Origin: an uncultured Nitrospiraceae bacterium
GTDB lineage: Bacteria > Nitrospirota > Thermodesulfovibrionia > Thermodesulfovibrionales > Dissulfurispiraceae
DNA length: 64,000 nucleotides
Direction of reading: 5' to 3'
NCBI GenBank assembly: GCA_963705105.1
Contig: CAVPIW010000005.1
Coordinates: forward strand, 224,001 to 288,000
Position 1 is the stretch's first letter. Each line of letters opens with the position of its first letter. Below the pieces are notes generated by a model. It saw only the letters and a program-made list of their open reading frames with translations, did not search any database and was not told the DNA's origin. A program made the position numbers and the translations under genes. Of the stretch, positions 1-7,612 are shown one piece after another.

Positions 1-113
1 GCAGTTACGGTGTCTTTGCCTTCCAGCAACTCACTGCCGGGCGGCTGGGCATATACGATCGACACCAGCAGGAAGAATGTTATGGTGAGCAGCAATCGTA
101 TAGAACGTTTCAT
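1..113 (-). CDS. Cassette 7 gene, secreted protein (5' part only; runs off the window edge)
   Basis: AAAGGAG RBS, then ATG at 113: MKRSIRLLLTITFFLLVSIVYAQPP..., a signal-peptide pattern, directly after the attC crossover at 132. Confidence 0.7.
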   Translation of the reverse strand, partial: MKRSIRLLLTITFFLLVSIVYAQPPGSELLEGKDTVT

Positions 114-125
114 GTTTTCTCCTTT

Positions 126-188
126 CGCTGACGTGGGCTTCAGCGGGAGCCGGCTTTCTTGGCGGTCCGCTGGATGCCCTTGTTAACC
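126..188 (-). other. attC of cassette 6
   Basis: Minus strand GGTTAAC-AAGGG-CATCCAGC...GCTGAAG-CCCAC-GTCAGCG; R'' is complementary to the cassette start GTTAACC at 776-770. Confidence 0.85.
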
Positions 189-490
189 GCGGGTTTCTTC
201 TTTGCTGGCTTCGGATTCAATTTGGAAGACTCCCGAGGCCTGGGAGCGGGAATACCGTAAAGCATGCCTTCGGCACTGATATCTTCATCAATATCGGTCC
301 AATGCACACCATGGCCGTCTCCGATGATCTCCCAGTTTGCCCGCTGTTTCGGCGTAGCCTCCGACAACCTCCATGACCAGGCAAGCGGAACACTGATTGT
401 CCTCCCATCCATAAGATGGGCCGTAATGGAGTCTTCGGTGACGTCTATATCCTTAATTCGCACTTCCTGTATTTGTACCGCAGTGTTCAT
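140..490 (-). CDS. DUF2442-family putative antitoxin
   Basis: L.DGR.ISVPLAW.WRL..AT..QR.NWEI.G.G.GVHW.DIDEDIS..G pattern; overlaps the upstream DUF4160 gene. Confidence 0.85.
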   Translation of the reverse strand: MNTAVQIQEVRIKDIDVTEDSITAHLMDGRTISVPLAWSWRLSEATPKQRANWEIIGDGHGVHWTDIDEDISAEGMLYGIPAPRPRESSKLNPKPAKKKPAVNKGIQRTAKKAGSR

Positions 491-710
491 TCCATGCCTC
501 CGTGATCTTGTCTCTGTTCTTTACGATTATCCCCCGTATAATGTTGAGTTCTTTCGGCGCAAACCCCTGATTCCTCGATAGAGCCACCGGTTGAATCCAG
601 AATTTGCAGACCATCCTTTCTCTCTGAATGTGGACATGCGTTCGTTCATTGCAGTCGAAACTGTAAAAGAAGAATCGGTATGGTCCCGCGATGTTCCTGA
701 CTGTCGGCAT
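453..710 (-). CDS. DUF4160-family putative toxin
   Basis: GPYRFFFYS.D.NE..HVHI......KFWI.PV.L..N.GF...EL pattern; paired with DUF2442. Confidence 0.85.
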   Translation of the reverse strand: MPTVRNIAGPYRFFFYSFDCNERTHVHIQRERMVCKFWIQPVALSRNQGFAPKELNIIRGIIVKNRDKITEAWNEHCGTNTGSAN

Positions 711-726
711 ATCAAGTCTCTCTTAA

Positions 727-755
727 ATTATAGGGGGATACGTGCGATCTGTCCA
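727..755 (-). promoter_or_regulatory. Sigma70-type promoter of the TA cassette
   Basis: TGGACA-N17-TATAAT on the minus strand, 16 nt before the ATG at 710. Confidence 0.75.
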
Positions 756-769
756 TATTTGTTTTGTGG

Positions 770-861
770 GGTTAACGCCGAGTTGAGCGGGGTTCTCATA
801 ATAAGGCCCGCCGGAGGCGGAGCCGGGTTATGGGAACCTTCGCTCGAACGACTTGTTAGCG
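770..861 (-). other. attC of cassette 5
   Basis: CGCTAAC-AAGTC-GTTCGAGC...GCTCAAC-TCGGC-GTTAACC; aadA-like box layout. Confidence 0.9.
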
Positions 862-970
862 CCGCGCGAGTCAGCGCGCGGTGCGGTTTCATCGTCAGAT
901 GAAAAACAAGGAGTAAGAGCGGTACTTTCCGCTCAACTCGGCGTAAGCGTCGCGCGCAGCGCGGCGCTTA
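776..970 (-). mobile_element. Gene-less integron cassette 5 (195 bp)
   Basis: Lies between two crossover points, starts G|TAAGCG, has no credible ORF and is rich in inverted repeats. Confidence 0.75.
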
Positions 971-1065
971 CAGGGGCCGCTGAGCGGCTGCGACGGAGGC
1001 GGGAAGCCCACGAAGTTGTGGGCTGGTAGCTGCAGGAAGCAGTGCGCTCCAGTGGCTTGATGGGC
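965..1065 (-). other. attC of cassette 4 (non-canonical ATC in R'')
   Basis: GCCCATC-AAGCC-ACTGGAGC...GCTCAGC-GGCCCCT-GTAAGCG. Confidence 0.7.
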
Positions 1066-1219
1066 GGCCTCTATCAGAGGACGCACAGCGAGACGCTGGG
1101 GGTGCAAGCACAGCGGCCCCTGATGGGGCGAGGCCTCCTTATTGTCGTTCATAGTCCCTGCCCATTGTATTTGTCGTTATTTATCGTGGGCAGGGACATT
1201 TTAAATATCCTCGCCCCAT
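971..1219 (-). mobile_element. Gene-less integron cassette 4 (249 bp), copy of cassette 1
   Basis: Matches 2090-2338 except for 3 substitutions seen by eye; identity stops exactly at the predicted crossover points. Confidence 0.85.
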
Positions 1220-1304
1220 CGAAATGGCTGAGCCGCAGGGGAAATATAATTAATAAAAAAATACCTACAGTTAATCCCCTGTCGGATCGAGCCAGGTGTT
1301 ATCT
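1214..1304 (-). other. attC of cassette 3
   Basis: AGATAAC-ACCTG-GCTCGATC...GCTCAGC-CATTTC-GATGGGG; R'' is complementary to the cassette start GTTATCT. Confidence 0.8.
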
Positions 1305-1319
1305 TTTGAGTTTTAATTT

Positions 1320-1544
1320 TCATTGTTTGTTTTTATTCTTGTAGCCAAAAAGGACAAGGCCGGCAAGACCGCCTAATATTGCAGAAGCAAATGTGGCCAT
1401 GAACCACCAGCCGTATGGATTCCAGCCTTTAGTTTTGTCCAAGATATAGAACCATACACCAGTAATAATGGTAGCGAGGACCATTCCCGAAATGACGAAG
1501 AGGATAGGATTTCCTTTTTTAGTATTTTGCCCTAAATATTCCAT
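1320..1544 (-). CDS. Cassette 3: small two-TM membrane protein, function unknown
   Basis: 74 aa with two hydrophobic segments; AT-rich; fills the space between two attC sites. Confidence 0.7.
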   Translation of the reverse strand: MEYLGQNTKKGNPILFVISGMVLATIITGVWFYILDKTKGWNPYGWWFMATFASAILGGLAGLVLFGYKNKNKQ

Positions 1545-1563
1545 TTGTCTTATTTAATTTTGA

Positions 1564-1627
1564 AGATAACGCTTGGCATCACCGGGAGCCAGTCTTATCG
1601 GCGATCCGGTGGATGCCGTGGTTATGG
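1564..1627 (-). other. attC of cassette 2
   Basis: CCATAAC-CACGG-CATCCACC...GGTGATG-CCAAGC-GTTATCT; the ORF stop TAA lies inside R''. Confidence 0.9.
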
Positions 1628-2074
1628 GAATTCAAATCCTTCCTTGACACGGATATATCTGAACTTTGTTCCTGTCCCGACGTGCTCAAATAATATCTCT
1701 GAGTCTGTAGATTTCGTGATTAAATATTTGTCGGTAATGTATCGGGACTCCCCAAGATGCCTACCGTTAATATGCGTAGTAACCGTTGTTTTCAAGCTAC
1801 CATCCAAATGCCAGGTACCTGATTCCTCTTGATTCCATGTGGGCTTGCCATTATTGATAATACAAAATCTTACATAAAAGGTTCCGTCTGCCTTTCTCTG
1901 AAAAATTGCTTGGATATCACCATCTATTCCTTCCTGCTCATGAACGCCAAACCAATAGCCGATAAGCCGTTCTTTCTCTGGTCCATCCAATGAGGGTGGG
2001 TGTATCCTACTCGCGCACCCAAAAAATATTGGGATCAGAAGAATCGACCATAAACCTAAATGTTTCCAGTTCAC
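1622..2074 (-). CDS. Cassette 2: putative lipoprotein (150 aa)
   Basis: GAGGA RBS, GTG start just after G|TTATGT; MNWKHLGLWSILLIPIFFGC lipobox-like signal; the track's longer start at 2230 runs through an attC. Confidence 0.75.
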   Translation of the reverse strand: MNWKHLGLWSILLIPIFFGCASRIHPPSLDGPEKERLIGYWFGVHEQEGIDGDIQAIFQRKADGTFYVRFCIINNGKPTWNQEESGTWHLDGSLKTTVTTHINGRHLGESRYITDKYLITKSTDSEILFEHVGTGTKFRYIRVKEGFEFP

Positions 2075-2083
2075 TAATTCCTC

Positions 2084-2184
2084 ACATAACAGGGGCCGCT
2101 GAGCGGCTGCGACGGAGGCGGGAAGCCCACGAAGTTGTGGGCTGGTAGCCGCAGGACGCAGTGCGCTCCAGTGGCTTGATGGGC
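2084..2184 (-). other. attC of cassette 1 (non-canonical ATC in R'')
   Basis: GCCCATC-AAGCC-ACTGGAGC...GCTCAGC-GGCCCCT-GTTATGT. Confidence 0.7.
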
Positions 2185-2338
2185 GGCCTCTATCAGAGGA
2201 CGCACAGCGAGACGCTGGCGGTGCAAGCACAGCGGCCCCTGATGGGGCGAGGCCTCCTTATTGTCGTTCATAGTCCCTGCCCATTGTATTTGTCGTTATT
2301 TATCGTGGGCAGGGACATTTTAAATATCCTCGCCCCAT
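2090..2338 (-). mobile_element. Gene-less integron cassette 1 (249 bp)
   Basis: First unit next to attI, starts G|ATGGGGC; duplicated at 971-1219. Confidence 0.85.
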
Positions 2339-2400
2339 CATTTAATATGACAAACAGGCGAATCATTCATGAAATCACTTTAGCACAAAAAAGGGGAGTT
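2333..2400 (-). other. attI region (crossover G at 2339)
   Basis: AT-rich segment between the intI 5' end and the point where identity between the two cassette copies ends; far boundary is approximate. Confidence 0.65.
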
Positions 2401-2406
2401 CCGCAA
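2377..2406 (-). promoter_or_regulatory. Candidate cassette promoter Pc
   Basis: TTGCGG-N18-TAAAGT with an extended -10 TG, pointing into the array. Confidence 0.35.
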
Positions 2407-2494
2407 AGGATATAAACCCCGCAAATCAATGGGCATTAATTGAAAATATATGGTATATTTTGGTATTAAGAACTATAAATGGTAATGGTGTTAT

Positions 2495-3802
2495 ATGAGC
2501 AATACGGCACAGCATAGCCCGGAACAGCTTCCCGACTTCCAGTCGTTTCTCCGGGAGCGCAAGCTGGCTCCGGACAAGAACATCCCTTATCTGGCCTATT
2601 GGGTGAGCCGTTTTCTCTCCTTTGCGCGGAAGCGCGACATCGACGCCTCAGAATACCGCGAACCGGCCGTCATCGAGTTCCTTGAAGCGCTCCGGTCCGA
2701 CACGCGGGTGCTCGACTGGCAGCCGCGGCAGGCCGAAGACGCGCTGAAGCTCTACTATGTCAATTTTCTCGGCAAGTCGCCGGCGCAGCCGGGCGGTTCT
2801 GCGCAGCCCGATTCCGTGCCGGCTGTGCTGCGGGAGGTCAAGCGCCACCTCAGGCTGCGGCATTACTCCTACAGCACGGAGAGAACGTATCTGCAATGGG
2901 CGGAGCGGTTTTTCTCCTACGCCCTGCATTCCGGACAGAAGGCCATTGCCGATTTGTCTTCAAAGGATGTCAGGGACTTCCTCAGCCACCTGGCCCTGAA
3001 ACAGAGGGTCTCGTCCTCGACGCAGAACCAGGCCTTCAATGCGCTTCTGTTTCTCTTCCGCCATGTCCTGGGCAGGGAAACAGCGGACCTCGGCGGCGCG
3101 GTGAGGGCGAAACGGGGGCCGAAGCTGCCCGTCGTGCTGTCCGTGGAGGAGGTGAAAAGACTCCTCTCGGCCATGAGTGGGACGACGCGGCTCATGGCGG
3201 AGCTGCTGTACGGCGCGGGGCTCCGTCTCATGGAGCTTGCCCGCCTGCGCGTCAAGGACATCGACTTCGATGCGCAGACCATCTTCGTCCGAAGCGGCAA
3301 GGGCGACAAGGACCGGTCGACGGTGCTCCCGGATGCTGTCAGGGATCGTTTGCAGGAGCATCTGCGCCAGGTGAAGGAGGTGCACGAGCGGGACCTCGGC
3401 CTGGGATACGGGGAGGTCCACCTGCCCGACGCCCTCGGCCGGAAGTATCCGAATGCCGGAAAGGAATGGGCCTGGCAGTATGTGTTCCCGTCGGTAAAGC
3501 TGTCCGTCGATCCCCGGACCGGACGGGTGGGGCGGCATCATATGAGCGATACGGCGATCCAGGAAGCGGTGAAGCGTGCTCTCCGAAAGGCGGGCATCGC
3601 AAAGCACGCGTCGGTGCACACGCTCCGCCACAGCTTTGCGACGCACCTGCTGATGGCAGGGGTGAATATCAGGGAGGTGCAGTCACTCCTGGGACACAAG
3701 AACGTGGAGACGACGATGATCTATACGCATGTGCTCAGAGATATGTCTAATGTACCCGCAAGCCCGCTCGATGCGCTGTACATGGATCATCCGGTTCGAT
3801 GA
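2495..3802 (+). CDS. intI: Integron integrase (long form)
   Basis: Tyrosine recombinase motifs YGAGLR, GKGDKDR, HTLRHSFATH, LLGH...TMIYTH; IntI-specific insert LPDALGRKYPNAGKEWAWQYVFPS; adjacent attC array. Confidence 0.97.
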   Translation: MSNTAQHSPEQLPDFQSFLRERKLAPDKNIPYLAYWVSRFLSFARKRDIDASEYREPAVIEFLEALRSDTRVLDWQPRQAEDALKLYYVNFLGKSPAQPGGSAQPDSVPAVLREVKRHLRLRHYSYSTERTYLQWAERFFSYALHSGQKAIADLSSKDVRDFLSHLALKQRVSSSTQNQAFNALLFLFRHVLGRETADLGGAVRAKRGPKLPVVLSVEEVKRLLSAMSGTTRLMAELLYGAGLRLMELARLRVKDIDFDAQTIFVRSGKGDKDRSTVLPDAVRDRLQEHLRQVKEVHERDLGLGYGEVHLPDALGRKYPNAGKEWAWQYVFPSVKLSVDPRTGRVGRHHMSDTAIQEAVKRALRKAGIAKHASVHTLRHSFATHLLMAGVNIREVQSLLGHKNVETTMIYTHVLRDMSNVPASPLDALYMDHPVR

Positions 3803-3849
3803 CAGGGAGGATGGATTCCTGATACACCAATAATTCCCGACTATACAAA

Positions 3850-4069
3850 CAGGAAAAGGCCTATCCTCGCGCCAAGACGCCAAGGCCGCCAAGAACCGCA
3901 AATGCACAAGTGCTTAAAAACTTTCTTAGGATAAAGGTCTTTATCTTTCTTTGCGCTCTTTGCGGCTTTGCGTGAGACTATTCCTGGTTTTCTCTTTTAC
4001 GACCAGGAAAAGACATTCCTCGCGCCAAGACGCCAAGGTCGCCAAGAACCGCAAATGCACAATTGCTTA
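3850..4069. repeat. Family D intergenic repeat (CGCCAAG/CGCAAAG units)
   Basis: ~66-bp direct repeat at 3850-3916 and 4004-4069; the central TTTGCGCTCTTTGCGGCTTTGCGTGAGA recurs at 15524-15551 and inverted at ~19141-19169. Confidence 0.75.
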
Positions 4070-4193
4070 GAATCTGTCCTCGTTTTCGAGGTCTCGCTGC
4101 AGGATATTTTGGACAGGGGTGAACTGAGCGGTTTATTTGGCGAAGAGATCATGCCCTATCCTCATTACCCCGGCAATTGTTTATAATGTCCTT

Positions 4194-4916
4194 ATGCCGG
4201 GATTGAACAATATCGTTCGTATCGGGAATCTCACTCTGGGCAATGCGCCCGTCATCGCCGGCGTCCTGACGGACAGGGACGTGCTGTCCCTGGGCGCCGG
4301 AGACGTAGAAGGCGCCGACCTCCTCGAACTCCGCGTCGACATGTTCGACAATGTTGATGCCGGCCATGTCACCTCCGTCTTCAGGTCTGCGGCGGAAAAA
4401 TTCCGGAAACCCCTTCTTGCGACGGTCAGGGACCCGGCGGAAGGCGGCCGGAAAGACATACCGGACAGACTTTCCCTATACAGTGCCGTCCTTCCCCTCG
4501 CCGACGCAGCCGATGTCGAGATCGCATCGTCGGACCTATTGACCTCGGTGGCGAAACTCTATCAGAACCTGGGCCGCATACTCATCGGGTCGTACCACAA
4601 CTTTGCGGGCAGCCCCGGCGACGCCTTCCTCGAGGAGATCGTCCGACGGGGAAAAGCCCTGGGCGCCGACATCGTCAAGATCGCCCTCACAGCCGGAAGC
4701 AGGGACGACACGGCGCGGCTGATGTCCTTCACGTACCGCCACCGCGAGACACCTGTCATCACGATGTCCATGGGCGATGCCGGTCTGCCCTCCCGGGTCC
4801 TCTCCCCCATCCTCGGGTCACTCGTCACCTACGGGTACATCCGTCAGCCCTCGGCACCCGGTCAACTCTCCGTTACAGAACTACTGGACCTTTTTCAGCG
4901 CCTCAAGGTCCGCTAA
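4194..4916 (+). CDS. aroD: Type I 3-dehydroquinate dehydratase
   Basis: ADLLELRVD, ATVR...EGG, IGSYHNF, GADIVKIA, MSMG..G..SR, SAPGQ motifs. Confidence 0.92.
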   Translation: MPGLNNIVRIGNLTLGNAPVIAGVLTDRDVLSLGAGDVEGADLLELRVDMFDNVDAGHVTSVFRSAAEKFRKPLLATVRDPAEGGRKDIPDRLSLYSAVLPLADAADVEIASSDLLTSVAKLYQNLGRILIGSYHNFAGSPGDAFLEEIVRRGKALGADIVKIALTAGSRDDTARLMSFTYRHRETPVITMSMGDAGLPSRVLSPILGSLVTYGYIRQPSAPGQLSVTELLDLFQRLKVR

Positions 4917-6248
4917 TCGCAGCTCTCCCTCGCGGCCCACAACGACGATAACGACCCGGTCCGGGTGCAGGTATTTCTGCGCCACCCGCCCGATGTCTTC
5001 CTTAGTCACGGCATTGATATAACCGGCGTAGCGCTCCGGGTAATCGTCGCCGAGTTCGTAGAATTTCACGACGGAGAGGAAATCGGCGACTTTTCGGCTC
5101 GTCTCGAGCCTCCTGGGGAAGCTCCCCGTCAGGTACGATTTCGCATCGGCCAGTTCCTGGTCCGTGACGGGCTCGTTTTTCATTCTTGTCATCTGTCTGA
5201 ATATCTCGCCGATCACCGCCCCTGCGGACTCGTTCTTTGTCTGCACCTCCACATCGAACTGACCGGGTTCCTTGTTGCCGGCAAAGGAACTGTATATGGA
5301 ATAGGTGAGCCCCATTTCGTCGCGCACGATCGACGTGAGACGGGAAGCGAACCCGCCTCCCCCCAGTATGTAGTTCATGACCGCCACGGCGTAGTAATCG
5401 GGATCGCTCCTGGCGATGCCCCTGTGTCCCAGGTGGATGTTCGCCTGGGAGATGTCCCTGTTGACGATGACGATCTTCGGTTCTTTCCGTTCCTTATCAG
5501 CGGGCCTGACGGCCTCTGCCTTGATCGGACTCTCCCGCCCTTTCCATGGGGACAGATATCGATCGAGAAGGTCTTTCAGTTCCTCCTGAGTCACGTCTCC
5601 CACGACGGACAGGACCGCATTGTCCGGCCTGTAATGATCCCTGTAAAAGTTAGCGACGTCATCCCTTGTCAGGGTGTCGATGGTCTCGACGGAGCCCTCG
5701 ACGGGCCTTCCGTAGGGATGATCGCCGAAAACCTCCCTGAGGAATGTCTTTTCAGCCACATAGGAGGGCTCATCCTCCATCCGCTTCAGCGAGCCCTTGA
5801 CGAGCTCCCTTTTTCTCTTCAGTTCCTCTTCGGGAAATGCCGGGTTCAGGAGCACATCGGAGAGGACCTCGAACCCCTTCTGCACGTTTTTTTTCAGCAC
5901 CGAGAGGGAGAGGGTCGAATAGTCCTTCGTCGCCGATGCGTCGAGGTCGGCCCCGATGAACTCGATTTCCTGGCTGATCTGAAGGGACGACCGTGTCGAG
6001 GTCCCCTCGGTCATCATGTGAGAGGTCATGGAGGCGACTCCGGCCTTGCCGGGAAGCTCGTCAAGAGGCGACGCCTTGATCAGGAGAGAAACCATGACGA
6101 CGGGGAGGTTGTGCCGCTCGCTGTGATAAACGACGAGGCCGTTCGGGAGGGTCTTGCGCGCGAAATCGAGGGAATACCCTTCGCCGGCCGGGACGAGAAA
6201 AACGATGACCGTGAAGAAAAGCAGGACGATTTTCTGACGGAGACTCAT
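4881..6248 (-). CDS. M16 family peptidase-like subunit (non-catalytic partner)
   Basis: M16 fold motifs, ILGGGGFASRL, no HXXEH; translationally coupled to the active subunit. Confidence 0.88.
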   Translation of the reverse strand: MSLRQKIVLLFFTVIVFLVPAGEGYSLDFARKTLPNGLVVYHSERHNLPVVMVSLLIKASPLDELPGKAGVASMTSHMMTEGTSTRSSLQISQEIEFIGADLDASATKDYSTLSLSVLKKNVQKGFEVLSDVLLNPAFPEEELKRKRELVKGSLKRMEDEPSYVAEKTFLREVFGDHPYGRPVEGSVETIDTLTRDDVANFYRDHYRPDNAVLSVVGDVTQEELKDLLDRYLSPWKGRESPIKAEAVRPADKERKEPKIVIVNRDISQANIHLGHRGIARSDPDYYAVAVMNYILGGGGFASRLTSIVRDEMGLTYSIYSSFAGNKEPGQFDVEVQTKNESAGAVIGEIFRQMTRMKNEPVTDQELADAKSYLTGSFPRRLETSRKVADFLSVVKFYELGDDYPERYAGYINAVTKEDIGRVAQKYLHPDRVVIVVVGREGELRLADLEALKKVQ

Positions 6249-7567
6249 TGCGCACCCCCTTCCTTCTTCACGGGGATGAGTACGGCGACGGTCCTGTTCC
6301 CGGGAGTGAAGTACTTCTTCGCCACCCTCTGGAGATCTCCGGCACTGACGGCCCGAATCCCCCGGAGATAACCTTCCTTGAGACGCCAGTCGCCCATCAT
6401 TTCGAACATGCCCGTGTAGAGCGCCTGCGCGTAGTTGGAGTCCTGGGCGAAAACGAAGGAGGCCTCAGTCTGGTTCTTCGCCTTCTCAACCTCCTGTTCC
6501 GCCGGCGCCTCGGCGATGATCCCGGCCACCTCATCATAAATCGCCTGCTCGACCGCTGCCGCATCTTTACCCGGCGCTGATGTGCCCCCGAGGATGAAGA
6601 GGAAGGGGTCTCTGTGTATGCCGCTGTAGTCTGCGAAGGCGCTGAGGGCTATTCTCTTTTCGTACACGAGGCTCCTGTATAGCCTGGAACTCTTCCCTCC
6701 CGAGAGGACCGTGGACAGCACGTCGAGGGCGTAGCTGTCGTCGTCGGGAATGCTCGGCACATGGTAGGCGATGAGAACATAGGGGAGCTCCGCCTCTTTC
6801 CTCAGAAGGATCCTCTTTTCGCCGCGCTGCTGCGGCTCCTTCGTCCGAACCGCCGCAACGGGATCCGCCGTCCGGCTGATGCCGCCGAAGGCTTTTCTGA
6901 TCCGGGCGAGTATGTCGTCCGGGTCGACGTCTCCTGAAACGACGATGAAAGCGTTCTGCGGCGCATAATGCTTTTTGTAATAGCCGAGGAGGTCGTCGCG
7001 CCCGATGGAAGAGATGTCGGACATCCACCCGATCACGGGACGCCGGTACGGGTGGGCCTTGAGCGCCGTGGCGACGAGTTCCTCATAGAGCAGGTTCTGG
7101 GGATCGTCCTCGTAACGCATGCGGCGCTCCTCCATGACCACATTCCGCTCCGACGCCACGTCCTTTTCGTTCAGGAGAAGGTTCGTCATCCGATCCGCCT
7201 CAAGCTCTATCGAGATGTCGATCCTGTCGGACGCCAAAGTCTGGAAGTACATGGTGTAGTCCTTCGTGGTGAAGGCGTTGTCGGAGCCGCCGTTCCTCTG
7301 GACGATGTTCGAGAAGACCTTCGAGCCGTACCGCGTCGTCCCCTTGAACATCATGTGCTCCAGCAGGTGGCTGATACCTGACTTTCCCTCCGGTTCATCC
7401 CGGGACCCCACGCGGTACCAGACCTGAAAGGTTGCCAGGGGCGCCTTCCGGTCCTGGATGACGAGCACCTTGAGCCCGTTCTCGAGCCGGTACTCCTGCA
7501 CCGCCGCGTCAGGAACGGCGGGAATCAGCAGCAGCAAGATCAAAACGACAAGCAAACGGATCATCAT
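6245..7567 (-). CDS. M16 family zinc peptidase (catalytic subunit, exported)
   Basis: HLLEHMMFKGT, NAFT, ERNVVMEERR; signal peptide. Confidence 0.92.
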   Translation of the reverse strand: MMIRLLVVLILLLLIPAVPDAAVQEYRLENGLKVLVIQDRKAPLATFQVWYRVGSRDEPEGKSGISHLLEHMMFKGTTRYGSKVFSNIVQRNGGSDNAFTTKDYTMYFQTLASDRIDISIELEADRMTNLLLNEKDVASERNVVMEERRMRYEDDPQNLLYEELVATALKAHPYRRPVIGWMSDISSIGRDDLLGYYKKHYAPQNAFIVVSGDVDPDDILARIRKAFGGISRTADPVAAVRTKEPQQRGEKRILLRKEAELPYVLIAYHVPSIPDDDSYALDVLSTVLSGGKSSRLYRSLVYEKRIALSAFADYSGIHRDPFLFILGGTSAPGKDAAAVEQAIYDEVAGIIAEAPAEQEVEKAKNQTEASFVFAQDSNYAQALYTGMFEMMGDWRLKEGYLRGIRAVSAGDLQRVAKKYFTPGNRTVAVLIPVKKEGGAQ

Positions 7568-7612
7568 TACTCCCCTTTCAGGTCAAGAGTCATTAAGTCA
7601 TTACATTGGCGA

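Noticed and set aside
895..1152. ORFs MNDNKEASPHQG... (also 2074-2271) and MRSSGLMGG... (1042-1344, 2161-2415)
   Set aside because: They run through attC hairpins and across crossover points, end differently in the two copies, and have no recognisable motif; a short peptide cannot be fully excluded.
2084..2247. Reading the whole 164 bp as one giant attC with R'' at 2241-2247
   Set aside because: That pairing is perfect, with no unpaired spacer or extrahelical base; the 2084-2184 site fits the R-L-L-R layout better.
2188..2247. Inverted attC inside cassette 1, analogous to 901-949
   Set aside because: CTCTATC...GATGGGG can pair, but there is no L'' box at the right spacing, so it is not called.
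971..2338. Retron, group II intron or CRISPR explanation for the 249-bp repeat
   Set aside because: No reverse transcriptase or cas gene in the window, no repeat-spacer periodicity, and the boundaries coincide with integron crossover sites.
2400..2494. LexA box upstream of intI
   Set aside because: No CTGT-N8-ACAG or GAAC-N4-GTTC; the AAATATA-TGG-TATATTT palindrome is too low in complexity to assign.
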